A stretch of 64,000 nt of DNA from an uncultured delta proteobacterium (lineage in GTDB: Bacteria; Myxococcota; Myxococcia; Myxococcales; Anaeromyxobacteraceae): contig CAVYBH010000017.1 of assembly GCA_963766715.1 (NCBI GenBank), positions 1 through 64,000 of the forward strand, in the 5' to 3' direction. A program made the position numbers and the translations under genes. Below the pieces are notes generated by a model. The model saw only the letters and a program-made list of their open reading frames with translations, had not been told where the DNA came from and did no database searches. Positions 13,017 through 24,627 of the stretch are shown here, piece after piece. How positions within the stretch are numbered: the first letter of the stretch is position 1; each line of letters opens with the position of its first letter.

Positions 13017-13850
13017 ATGTGCCGCCTCTTCGGACAGCTCTCCGACGCCCACCGAACGGCCTCCGTGCCGCTCTGCAGCGCCGAGAACGCGCTGCGGACC
13101 CAGTCGCACCTCCACCCGCACGGCTGGGGCATCGCCTGGTACGGCGCGCGCGGCCCCCGGGTCCGCCGCGGCGTCATGGCGGCCCACGCCGACCTGGACT
13201 TCGTCCGGGCCGGGAGGAGCGCCCGTTCCCGCATCGTCCTGGCCCACGTGCGCGACGCCAGCGTCGGACGGGTCGCGCTCGAGAACACCCATCCGTTCGT
13301 CGAGGGTCCCTGGGTCTTCGCCCACAACGGCACCGTGGCCCGGTACAAGCGGTCGCGCGCCGTCCGGGAAGCGCTGCTCACCGCCATCTCGCCGGCGCGC
13401 CGGCGAGCGCTGCGCGGGGATACCGACAGCGAGCGGTGCTTCCAGATCTTCCTGTCGCGGCTCGACCTCCGGACCGGGCGCGGGCGCGCCACCGTCGCCG
13501 AGGTCCGCACCGCGCTCGCCGACACGGTGTCGCTGGTCCGCGCCGTCGCCGACCGGGGCGAGCACCGCTCCACGCTCAACTTCCTGGTGTCCGACGGGCG
13601 GCTGCTCTGCGCCTGCCGCCACGGCAAGCCGCTCCACGTCTCGACCGGGGCCGGCGACGGCCGGATCTTCGCGGTGGCGAGCGAGCCCATCGGCCGCTCG
13701 GGCTGGGAGGCCGTTCCCGAGGGCGGCTTCGTCGGCGTGGACGGCGCCCTCCGGACCACCCGGGCCCCGCTCGGGATCAACGACCCCTGGGACTCCGCGG
13801 GGCGAGCGCCCGGGCCAGCCCGGCGTGGCGTTCCCCGAATCCGGAGATGA
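13017..13850 (+). CDS. Class II glutamine amidotransferase / Ntn hydrolase (YafJ/EgtC-like)
   Basis: N-terminal MCRLF, GWGIAWY, HVRDAS, NTHPF, FAHNG, GDTDSE, VASEP. Confidence 0.88.
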   Translation: MCRLFGQLSDAHRTASVPLCSAENALRTQSHLHPHGWGIAWYGARGPRVRRGVMAAHADLDFVRAGRSARSRIVLAHVRDASVGRVALENTHPFVEGPWVFAHNGTVARYKRSRAVREALLTAISPARRRALRGDTDSERCFQIFLSRLDLRTGRGRATVAEVRTALADTVSLVRAVADRGEHRSTLNFLVSDGRLLCACRHGKPLHVSTGAGDGRIFAVASEPIGRSGWEAVPEGGFVGVDGALRTTRAPLGINDPWDSAGRAPGPARRGVPRIRR

Positions 13851-14280
13851 GGAGCCGGCGGGCCGAGGGGTGCCCGGGCTCGTGGGCGAGCTGGATCTCC
13901 AGCCGCTCGCGGGGGAGCGCTCCCGGGAAGCGGTCGGCCCACTCCACCACCGTCGCCCCCACCCTCCCCACCAGGTCGTGGAACCCGGTGGCGTGAAGCT
14001 CGTCCTCGTCGCCGAGCCGATAGAGGTCGGCGTGATTCACCGGGAGGCGACCCCGGTAGGTGGCCACGATGGCGAAGGTGGGGCTCGAGACCTCCCCGTC
14101 GGGGACGCCGGCCCCCCGGCAGATGCCCCGGGCCAGCTGGGTCTTCCCGGCGCCCAGCTCCCCGGAGAGCGCCACCACGTCCCCGTCGCCGAGCCGGCGC
14201 CCGATGCGCTCGCCGAGACGGCGGGTCTCGCCGGCCGACCGGCTGGTGCGCGCGACGCGCACCGCGGCCGGCTCGCTCAC
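13777..14280 (-). CDS. tsaE: tRNA threonylcarbamoyladenosine biosynthesis ATPase
   Basis: GELGAGKT, VSSPTF, HADLYRL, VEW. Confidence 0.93.
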   Translation of the reverse strand: MSEPAAVRVARTSRSAGETRRLGERIGRRLGDGDVVALSGELGAGKTQLARGICRGAGVPDGEVSSPTFAIVATYRGRLPVNHADLYRLGDEDELHATGFHDLVGRVGATVVEWADRFPGALPRERLEIQLAHEPGHPSARRLLISGFGERHAGLARALAPRSPRGR

Positions 14281-15819
14281 CTGCCCCATGCGGCCCAGAC
14301 GGCGCCGATGGCCTCGGCGAGGTCCCCGGCCACCATCCCGCGCTCGCCGAAGCGGCTCGCCGCGATGTCGCCGGCGCGCCCATGGACCCAGGCGGCCGCG
14401 CGCGCCGCCTCCCGCGGCCGCATGCCCGCCGGCGAGCAGCGCCCCCAGCAGTCCGGCCAGCACGTCTCCGGTTCCCCCGGTCGCCATGCCCGGGTTCCCG
14501 GTGGGGATGATCGCGGCGGGGCCGTCGGGATCGGCGACCACCGTGCTCGCGCCCTTCAGCACGACCACCGCTCCCCACTCCTGCGCCTTGCGGCGTGCGA
14601 TGGCGACGCGGTCCTCCTGGACGTCCTCGATGGTGCCGCCGACGAGCCGCGCCATCTCGCCCGGATGCGGCGTGAGCACGATGGGCGCGTCGTGCCCGAT
14701 GACCGCCACCAGTCCCGGGTGATCGGCGAGCGCGTTCACGCCGTCGGCGTCGATGACGGTGGGGATGCGGGCAGCGGTCGAGGAGCGCCCGGATGGCCGG
14801 GGCCGTCTCCGGGCCGCGGGGAATGCCCGGGGCCGATGACGAGCGCGTTCGCGCCCACCAGGGCCGCCTCCAGCGCCGGGAGGTCGCTTCGGGCGATGGC
14901 GCCGGTGCCGGGGAGCGACGATGCTCATGGCCTCCGGACGTCCCGAGAGCGCGGGCCCCACCACCTCGGCCCGGGCCGCGAGGGTGACGAGCCCCGCGCC
15001 TCCCCGCAGCGCGCCGGTGAGCGCCAGGTGGGCGCGCCCGGTCTTCCCGGTCGAGCCGGCGACCACCAGCAGGCGACCGGCGTCGCCCTTGTGCGCCTCG
15101 CGACCGCGGCGCGGGACCAGCGCGAGCGCGGCCGCCTCGTCGAGCAGCTCCGCGGTGGGCGGGACGCGCTCGGACGCGGCGGCCGGGATGCCGATGTTCG
15201 CCACCGACACCGTTCCGGCCAGGTCCACGCCGGGCTGGAGCGCCAGCCCGATCTTCGCGAACCCGAGGGCCACCGTCCGGTCGGCGCGCACGGCCGGCCC
15301 GACCGGCGGGCCGGTGTCGGCCGAGACGCCGCTCGGGAGGTCCACGGCGAGCACGCGGGCGCCCCGCTCCCGGAGCGCGCCGATGGCGTCGATGGCGTCG
15401 GCGAAGGGCCCCACGGCCGGCCGCACCGGCCCGGTGCCGAAGATCGCGTCCACCACCACGTCGCCCGGGCGCGCCGGGAATCCCTGCAGCGCCGCGAGCC
15501 CGCCGACCGGCACGCCCGCCTGCTCGGCGTGCTTCCAGGCGGCCAGCGCCTCGGGCGTGGCCCGCTCGGGCGTCCCCAGCGCGATGACCACCACCTCGCG
15601 GCCGGCCAGGTGGAGGTGTCTCGCCGCGACGAAGCCGTCGCCGCCGTTGTTCCCGGCGCCGCAGACCACCACCATGCGGCCGGCGTTCCCGCCCAGCTCG
15701 ATGGCGCCCTCGGCCGCGGCCCGGCCGGCGCGTTCCATGAGCGTCGTGGCCGGGATCCCCAGCTCGTCGATGGCGACCCGCTCGATGGCCCTCATCTCGT
15801 CCGCGCCCACCAGCCTCAT
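14277..15819 (-). CDS. nnr: Bifunctional NAD(P)H-hydrate epimerase/dehydratase (several frameshifts)
   Basis: LMERAG, GAGNNGGDG, VDAIFGTG, DLPSG, HKGDAG, DADG, LTPHPGEMARL, GTGDVLAG. Confidence 0.9.
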
Positions 15820-16210
15820 GTGCTGCCTCCCTCGAGAACCACGACGGCCGCGGCGATGCCGGCGTCGTGCGTGATCGACACGTGGATCCGGGACACGCCC
15901 GCGCTCCCGGGCGACGCGGCCGGCGACGCCCGGAGAGCTTCAGGCTCGGCGCGCCGTCCTCCCGCAGGACCTCCACGTCGGTCCAGTGAATCCCGGCGGG
16001 GGCGCCGAGAGCCTTCGAGGCGGCCTCCTTGGCGGCGAAGCGCGCCGCGTAGGGCGTGGCCCGATCGGTCCTGGCGTCGCAGAAGCGGCGCTCCCCCTCG
16101 GTGAAGCAGCGGGCGAGGAAGCGGCGCGCGGTCTCCTCCGGAGCGTCGGTCCCGACGAGCCGGCGGATGCGCGCCACCTCGACCACGTCGAGCCCCACGC
16201 CCAGGATCAC
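15816..16210 (-). CDS. acpS: Holo-ACP synthase (frameshift near 15930)
   Basis: [28 protein letters not shown]-terminal HVSITHD in another frame ending at an ATGA overlap with nnr. Confidence 0.9.
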
Positions 16211-16938
16211 GTCTCGCCCCGGGCGAGCAGGTCCTTCATCTCGCGGACCGCGCGCTCCATCCCGACCAGCACGGCCCGGCCGACGATGGCGTGGCCGATG
16301 TTGAACTCCTCGATCTCGCGGATGGCCGCCACCGGGAGGACGTTCCGGTAGTTCAGCCCGTGCCCGGCGGCGACCTGGAGCCCCAGCTTGGCGGCCGCCT
16401 TGGCGGAGTCCACGACGCGGGAGAGCTCGCGGCGCCGATCCCCGGCCAGCCGCGCGTCGCAGTACCGGCCGGTGTGGATCTCCACCGCCTGGGCCTCCAC
16501 CCGGACCGCCGCCTTGACCTGGTCCGGGTCGGGGTCGATGAAGAGCGAGACCAGGATGTCCGCGTCCCGGAGCGTCTTCACCACGCGTCCGATCGTGTCG
16601 CGCCCTCGGACCACGTCCAGCCCGCCCTCGGTGGTCAGCTCCTCGCGCCGTTCCGGGACGAGCGTGACCTCGTCGGGCCGGAGCTCGTAGGCGATCTTCA
16701 CCATCTCCTGGGTGGCGGCCATCTCGAGGTTGAGCCGCGTGGTGACCGTCTTCCGCATCACCTCCAGGTCCCGGTCCTGGATGTGGCGCCGGTCCTCGCG
16801 CAGGTGGATGGTGATCTGGTCGGCTCCCCCCAGCTCGGCGAGCATCGCGGCCGCCACCGGATCCGGATAGGCGGCGCGGCGCGCCTGGCGAAGGGTGGCG
16901 ACGTGGTCGACGTTGACTCCGAGGCGCGGCACGGGCAT
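16207..16938 (-). CDS. pdxJ: Pyridoxine 5'-phosphate synthase
   Basis: [40 protein letters not shown]. Confidence 0.98.
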   Translation of the reverse strand: MPVPRLGVNVDHVATLRQARRAAYPDPVAAAMLAELGGADQITIHLREDRRHIQDRDLEVMRKTVTTRLNLEMAATQEMVKIAYELRPDEVTLVPERREELTTEGGLDVVRGRDTIGRVVKTLRDADILVSLFIDPDPDQVKAAVRVEAQAVEIHTGRYCDARLAGDRRRELSRVVDSAKAAAKLGLQVAAGHGLNYRNVLPVAAIREIEEFNIGHAIVGRAVLVGMERAVREMKDLLARGET

Positions 16939-17000
16939 GGCGGGAATCTAGCGCAGATCCGGCCGCTCCACCCGTGCGGGCGCTCCCCGGCCGGGGCGTG

Positions 17001-18399
17001 TCAGGCCAGCGCGGAACGCAGCGCCTGGGCGATGCGCTCGGCGTGCGCCCGGATCACGGCGTCGTCGGGCCCCTCCACCAGGACCCGCGCCTTGTTCTCG
17101 GTGCCGGAGAACCGCACCAGCACCCGTCCGGCGGAGCCCAGGGCGAGCTCGACCGCCGCGATGGCGCTCTGCACCTCTCCGAGGGTGTCGAGCGGCAGCT
17201 TCTGGCGGACCGCCACGTTGATCTGCGCCTGCGGCGACGGCTCGAAGCACGCGGCCAGCTGCGAGAGCCTCTTGCCGGATCCGCTTCATCACGGCGAGCA
17301 GGTTCAGCGCCGCGCAGACGCCGTCGCCGGTCGTGACGTGATCCAGGAAGACCAGGTGCCCCGACTGCTCCCCGCCGAAGTTGAATCCGCGCCTGCGCAT
17401 CTCCTCGACGACGTAGCGGTCCCCCACCTGGGTCCGCACCACGGCCCCGCCCAGCTCGCTCATGGCGCGCTCGAGGCCGACGTTGCTCATCACCGTCGCG
17501 ACCACCGTCTCCTGCTTCAGGGCGCCGCGCCGCAGCAGGTCGCGGGCCACGATGGCCATGATGGCGTCGCCGTCCACGACCTCGCCGTTCTCGTCGGCGA
17601 CGATGACCCGGTCGGCGTCGCCGTCGAGGGCGATTCCCAGGTTGGCGCCGTGGGTCCGGACCGCCGCCGCCATTCCCTCGGGATGCATGGCGCCGCAGCC
17701 GTCGTTGATGTTCCGCCCGTCCGGCTCGACGTGGAGGGGGATGACCTTCGCGCCCAGCTCCTCGAAGACCGCGGGGGCCACGTGGTAGGCGGCGCCGTTG
17801 GCGCAGTCGACCACGATGGTCATGCCGTCGAGCGTGAGCTCGCGCGGGAAGAGGGACTTCAGGAAGACCACGTAGCGGCCGATGGCGTCGTCGATGCGCT
17901 TCGCCTTGCCGATCAGCTCGGCGGTGGGCCGCAGTCCCTGGAAGTCGGCGGTCGCGCCGGAGCCGTCCAGCACCAGCCGCTCGATCTCCAGCTCCTCGTC
18001 GTCGGGGAGCTTGAAGCCGGTGCGGTCGAAGAACTTGATGCCGTTGTCCTGGTACGGATTGTGGCTGGCGCTGATCACGACCCCGGCGTCGGCGCGCATC
18101 GACTGGGTGATGAAGGCGATTCCCGGCGTGGGGAGCGGCCCGCACAGCAGCACGTCGACGCCCATGGAGCAGATCCCGGCGGCGATGGCCGTCTCGAGCA
18201 TGTAGCCGGAGAGGCGCGTGTCCTTGCCGATGACGATGCGGTGGCGGTGATCCCCGGAGCGGACCTTCCAGGCCAGCGCGCGCCCGAGCTGGAGCGCCAC
18301 CTCGGCCGTGATGGGGTGGACGTTGGCCACGCCGCGCACGCCGTCGGTCCCGAAGAGCTTGCGCACCGCACCGCTGCCGTTCCCTGGGTTCGCCGCCAT
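17001..18399 (-). CDS. glmM: Phosphoglucosamine mutase (frameshift near 17275)
   Basis: [29 protein letters not shown]-terminus RFSGTE in ORF 17001-17216. Confidence 0.94.
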
Positions 18400-18420
18400 T
18401 CCTGCCTCCGTCCCCGCAGT

Positions 18421-19281
18421 CTAGGACTTCCCGGCGGTTTCGCCAGAAGCCCGAAGGGCCGCCGCCACCCGGGCTGCCTGCCTCGCCGCCGCCACGTCGT
18501 GCACCCGGAGGAAGGTCGCCCCGCCCAGGACGGCGGCCGTCACGGCCGCGAGCGTCCCGGCGAGCCGTTCCCCGGGGGGCGCCCCGGTGATGGTCCCGAT
18601 GAAGCTCTTGCGCGACGGCCCCACGTACAGCGGTCGTCCCAGGCCGGCCAGCTCGGCGAGCCGCGCCAGCACGACGACGCTCTGCTCGGGGGTCTTGGCG
18701 AACCCGATCCCGGGGTCGAGCAGGATCCGATCCTCCTGGATGCCGGCGCGGATCGCCCGCGCCATCGTCTCCGCCAGCTCCGAGCGGACCTCGGCCACGA
18801 CGTCGCGGTACACGGCCCGGTCGCGCATGTCGCGAGGCGTCCCGCGCATGTGCGTGAGCACGACCGGCACACCGGCCTCGGCCACCACCCGCGCGAGCGC
18901 GGCGTCTGCGAGTCCCCGCACGTCGTTCACCATGGCCGCGCCGGCGTCCAGGGCGGCCCGGGCCACGGCCGCCCGGGACGTGTCGACGGAGACGGGAACC
19001 GGAAACCGGGCGCGGGTGAGCCGCTCCAGCACCGGGAGGACGCGGCGGATCTCCTCTTCCTCCGGCACCTCGGAAGCCCCGGGCCGGGTCGACTCGCCGC
19101 CGACGTCGATGACGTCCGCGCCCTCCGCGGCGAGGCGAAGGGCGTGCTCCACGCCGGCTTCCGGATCGAGGTAACGCCCCCCGTCGGAGAAGGAGTCCGG
19201 GGTGACGTTCAGCACGCCGACGATGAAGACGCCAGGGGGCGCGAAGTCGCGCCCCCCGATGCGGATCGTCTGTCGGGCCAC
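18421..19281 (-). CDS. folP: Dihydropteroate synthase
   Basis: NVTPDSFSDGG, GGESTRPG, DPGIGF, SRKSF, LRVHDV. Confidence 0.96.
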   Translation of the reverse strand: MARQTIRIGGRDFAPPGVFIVGVLNVTPDSFSDGGRYLDPEAGVEHALRLAAEGADVIDVGGESTRPGASEVPEEEEIRRVLPVLERLTRARFPVPVSVDTSRAAVARAALDAGAAMVNDVRGLADAALARVVAEAGVPVVLTHMRGTPRDMRDRAVYRDVVAEVRSELAETMARAIRAGIQEDRILLDPGIGFAKTPEQSVVVLARLAELAGLGRPLYVGPSRKSFIGTITGAPPGERLAGTLAAVTAAVLGGATFLRVHDVAAARQAARVAAALRASGETAGKS

Positions 19282-19301
19282 CTGGCCTCCGGGCACCCGG
19301 C

Positions 19302-21221
<1,920 letters not shown>

Positions 21222-21339
21222 TTTCCGGAACCTCTTCCCGGGGGATCTCCCCCGACGTGCAATTCGGATCCCCAATATAACAGCGCCCGACCCCGGTGCA
21301 GTCCGGGATCGGCAGGAACCGGCGGGAAACGACGGGGCG

Positions 21340-22602
21340 TCAGGGGCGCAAGCGTGCGCTGACGCTCGGCTTCTCCGACCGCACCGCCAGTTCCGGGATC
21401 CAGAGCACCATCCCGCCGTCGTCGGCGAGGAGCCGAAGCCCGTCCCGGACCTCCCGGGGCACCTTCTCGTCGATGAGCCAGGCCTTGAGCTTCTTCGAAC
21501 CCCTGCCCCCGGCGGGTCGGAAGCGGTCGCCCGGGAGGCGTCCGCGCCACCAGAGCGGCCACCGGGCCCCGGTGGACTCTCCCAGCTCCAGGAAGAGCCC
21601 CCCGGGGAGCTCGTGGACTCCCGGACCGCCCAGGCGGACGGCGATCGCCTCCGGGGACGAGGCCGGCACCGCCCGGACGACCAGCTTGCCGTAGCGCACG
21701 CAGGCCTCGAAACCGCGCGGAAGCCGGGCCCGCCCCGGCTTGCCTCGTCCCAGGAGCGCCAGCACCGCACCGACGTGGCCTGCATCGAGGCCGTCCTGGC
21801 GGCCGGTGGCGCGCCGCCACAGGGCCCGGACCACGCGCCGGCGAACGGCGATGGGCTGCGCGAGGAGCTTGTCGACTGGCGCCTCGTCCTCCACGACCAG
21901 CCTCCGCGCCCGGGCGGCGAGGGCGCGGTCGTCGTCGCGCAGGAGATCGGCGGCACGGGCCATGGCCTGCTCGACCCGGGGCGCCAGCGACCGGAGCACC
22001 GGGATCACCTCGGCGCGGACCCGGTTCCGGAGGTAGCGGGGCGTGGCGTTCGTCGGGTCCTCGAGGTGCGGAAGGGACCGCTCCTCGAGGTAGCGGATGA
22101 CCTCGGCGCGCGACCGATCGATGAGCGGGCGGACGATGCGTCCCCTGCGGGGCGGGATGCCCGCGAGGCCTCGCGCGCCGGCGCCTCGCATCAGGCGGAG
22201 GAGGACCGTCTCGACCTGGTCGTCGCGGGTGTGGCCGGTGGCCACGGCGGTGGCGGCGGTGAGCTCCGCCTCCCGGCGAAGCGCCGCGTACCGCGCCCTG
22301 CGGGCGGAGGCCTGGACGTTTCCCGCCGCGACCTTCACGGTGGTCCGGCGCAACTCCACCCCGAGCCTCTCGCACACCAGCGCACACGCATCGGCGTCGA
22401 GCGCGCTCCCGGCGCGCAGGCCGTGGTCGACGTTCAGCGCCAGGACTTCCTTCAGCTCTCCCGCATCCCGGAGCTCGGCGAGCGCGGCCAGGAGCGCCGT
22501 CGAGTCTGCACCTCCGGAAAGGGCCACGAGGACGCGGTCACCCGCCCCAAGAAGGTCTCTCTTGCGGCAACTGCCGAGAACGAGGGCGGTAAACCGATTC
22601 AA
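21340..22602 (-). CDS. tilS: tRNA(Ile)-lysidine synthase
   Basis: [40 protein letters not shown]; start approximate. Confidence 0.93.
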   Translation of the reverse strand: MNRFTALVLGSCRKRDLLGAGDRVLVALSGGADSTALLAALAELRDAGELKEVLALNVDHGLRAGSALDADACALVCERLGVELRRTTVKVAAGNVQASARRARYAALRREAELTAATAVATGHTRDDQVETVLLRLMRGAGARGLAGIPPRRGRIVRPLIDRSRAEVIRYLEERSLPHLEDPTNATPRYLRNRVRAEVIPVLRSLAPRVEQAMARAADLLRDDDRALAARARRLVVEDEAPVDKLLAQPIAVRRRVVRALWRRATGRQDGLDAGHVGAVLALLGRGKPGRARLPRGFEACVRYGKLVVRAVPASSPEAIAVRLGGPGVHELPGGLFLELGESTGARWPLWWRGRLPGDRFRPAGGRGSKKLKAWLIDEKVPREVRDGLRLLADDGGMVLWIPELAVRSEKPSVSARLRP

Positions 22603-22670
22603 GGTCCGTGTCCCCTGAGTCAAGGACACACCGCGGGAGTTGACCCACCCGCTCCATGAAGCGATCCTCT

Positions 22671-22765
22671 GCCTCGAGTCTTTGGTCTCGACGTTGGGCT
22701 GAGGGGCCCCCCCTCCCCCTCTTGGCCCACGGGGGGCCGGCAGCGATGCCGGCTCCTCTTTTTTT
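22671..22765 (+). ncRNA. Candidate small RNA: three hairpins, C-rich middle loop, intrinsic terminator
   Basis: Upstream TTGACC-N17-GATCCT; hairpins TCGAG/CTCGA, TGGGCTGAGGGG/CCTCTTGGCCCA (loop CCCCCCCTCCC), and GGGGGCCGGCA/TGCCGGCTCCT followed by T7. Confidence 0.5.
22732..22765 (+). terminator. Rho-independent terminator
   Basis: 11-bp GC-rich stem, GCGA tetraloop, CTTTTTTT tail. Confidence 0.75.
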
Positions 22766-22799
22766 CGCCCGGAGATCGCACCCATCCCTCCCGTGTTTC

Positions 22800-22829
22800 T
22801 TGACGATGCGTGGATGCGCGACGTATGAA
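22800..22829 (+). promoter_or_regulatory. Putative sigma70-type promoter of the small protein gene
   Basis: TTGACG-N18-TATGAA about 40 nt upstream of the ATG. Confidence 0.4.
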
Positions 22830-22867
22830 CGCTGATACGCACCGAATCCTACCTCAGGGGACAAACG

Positions 22868-23089
22868 ATGGCCGGCACCGACAAGCGCAAGCAGTCACTC
22901 TACTTCCCCGAGGACATGCTGAACGAGATCCAGACGGAGGCCAACCGCCAGGATCGCTCGCTCTCGTGGATCGTCCAGCAGGCCTGGAAGATCGCCCGCG
23001 GCGAGATCATGCGCTTTCCCTCGGTGAACGACGTCCTTTCCGGCGTGGCCCGCGAGGACGAGCGCGAGGAGCGCGAGCGCAGCACCTAG
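22868..23089 (+). CDS. Myxobacterial small protein (TIGR04563, MXAN_4361/4362 family; ribbon-helix-helix-like)
   Basis: DKRKQSLYFPEDMLNEIQTEANRQDRSLSWIVQQAWKIAR signature; AGGGG RBS. Confidence 0.88.
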   Translation: MAGTDKRKQSLYFPEDMLNEIQTEANRQDRSLSWIVQQAWKIARGEIMRFPSVNDVLSGVAREDEREERERST

Positions 23090-23115
23090 CGCCTCACCCC
23101 GGCAGGACGATTTCC

Positions 23116-23157
23116 GCGCGGCGCGCCGGGCACTGACCCACGCGCCGTTGCTTTTTT
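23116..23157 (+). terminator. Probable intrinsic terminator
   Basis: GCGGCGCG...CGCGCCGT stem followed by TTTTTT after the small gene. Confidence 0.55.
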
Positions 23158-23190
23158 GACTCCCCGTTCCGCCGGGGCGATACCGGTGGC

Positions 23191-24453
23191 ATGTCCAGGC
23201 CACCCTCCGACCCGTCCGACCGCGAGCCCTCGTCCGACGTCGGCCCCGCCACGGGACCTGGCCGCGCGGATCCCCGCTGGGTGGAGCCCGGCGACGACGA
23301 CCGCCCCGAGCTCCCTCCTGCCGCTCCTCCACCGCGCAGCTCGTCGCGGAGCGTGCAGGTGGTCGCACTCGCCGGCGTGGTCATCGTCGCGCTCGCCGCG
23401 GCGCTCCTCTACCGCTCCCACCACCGGCGCGAGGTTCTCGCGAAGGGGATGGCGCGGGCCCAGGAGCTGATGCGGTCCGACACCTTCGCCGGCTACCGGG
23501 CCGCCTCCCAGATCCTCGAGCCGCTCGTGGCCATCGATCCGATGGAGGCGGCATCGCTGCGCGCGCAGGCCCTCGCCATGCTCGCGGCGGACTACCGCGA
23601 CGAGACCGCCGCGGCCGAGGCCGAGCGCCTGCTCGACCAGCCCGAACGCGCGGCCGAGGTTCCCTCCTCCGCCAGCCTCGCGCGCGCGGCCCTCGCCATG
23701 GGGCGCCACGAGGCCGGCTCCGCCGCCACCTCCGCCTCCCGCTCCGGGACCGGCGCCGCAGGCCGCGTCGTCCAGGGGCGCGTGGCGCTCTTCGCCGGCA
23801 ATCCGGCCGGCGCCGCCGAGTTCGCCGCCGAGGCGATCGCGGCCGACCCGACGCTCCCCGCGGCGCTCGCGCTTCAGGGAGACGCGCTCCGGCGCACCGG
23901 CCGGGCGGAAGCGGCTCGGCTCGCGTACGGCGCGGCGCTCCAGGCCTCGCCCACCCATCCGCGCGCCGCCTACGGTCTCGCCAAGCTCGCGCTCTCCGGC
24001 AAGGCGAAGGCCGACGAGGCCTACCCCGCCCTGGAGCGGATCCTGGCCGACCGCGAGGGCACGCCCTCGAACGAACGTGGCCGGGCCGCGCTGCACCTCG
24101 CCGCGCTCCAGGGAAGGGCCGCCGACCGGCCCGGGGCCCAGCGGACGCTGGAGGCCTCGGGCGCGACGGGCCCCGATCGCGCCTGGCTCGAGAAGGCCGT
24201 CAGCGAGGAGGAGCTCTCCCGGACCGGCTACCACGTGGTCGACCGCGCGCCTCCCGCGCTGCTGAGCGCCAGCGACGACGACCCGTACGTGGCCCCGCCT
24301 CCGCCGCCGCCCGAGCCTCCCAAGGTGGCGGAGAAGAAGGCCGCGAAGAAGGCGACCACGAAGGCCTCGAAATCCAAGACGTCGAAGGCGGCGGCCAAGC
24401 CCGCCGCCAAGAAGACCTCCAAGCCTCCCCCGAAGAAGACGACGACCCACTAG
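23191..24453 (+). CDS. Membrane-anchored TPR-like protein with Pro- and Lys/Ala-rich tail
   Basis: One TM helix, Ala-rich helical repeats (ADPTLPAALALQGDAL, SPTHPRAAYGLAKL), KKAAKK-type tail. Confidence 0.7.
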   Translation: MSRPPSDPSDREPSSDVGPATGPGRADPRWVEPGDDDRPELPPAAPPPRSSSRSVQVVALAGVVIVALAAALLYRSHHRREVLAKGMARAQELMRSDTFAGYRAASQILEPLVAIDPMEAASLRAQALAMLAADYRDETAAAEAERLLDQPERAAEVPSSASLARAALAMGRHEAGSAATSASRSGTGAAGRVVQGRVALFAGNPAGAAEFAAEAIAADPTLPAALALQGDALRRTGRAEAARLAYGAALQASPTHPRAAYGLAKLALSGKAKADEAYPALERILADREGTPSNERGRAALHLAALQGRAADRPGAQRTLEASGATGPDRAWLEKAVSEEELSRTGYHVVDRAPPALLSASDDDPYVAPPPPPPEPPKVAEKKAAKKATTKASKSKTSKAAAKPAAKKTSKPPPKKTTTH

Positions 24454-24569
24454 GCGCCTGTCCGAGACGGCGCGGCGGTTGCCCGGACCCCGGGCAGCCG
24501 CGTGCTCGCGACCCAGGCAGCCGGCGTGGCCCCTGCTTCGTAAACGCGCTGCGCGCCTGCTCGACGTTG

Positions 24570-24585
24570 CGGCACGCCCCCTGCA
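24570..24585 (+). promoter_or_regulatory. Sigma54 -24/-12 promoter of amtB
   Basis: CGGCACGCCCCCTGCA = GG-N10-GC; a weaker second box CGGCGTGGCCCCTGCT lies at 24522-24537. Confidence 0.65.
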
Positions 24586-24627
24586 CGGAGCCTGGGCACC
24601 CCACCTTCTGTCGGAGGAGCCCCCCAC

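Noticed and set aside
13777..15819. Apparent Nnr-TsaE fusion
   Set aside because: Corrected nnr stops at TGA 14277-14279, overlapping the tsaE GTG.
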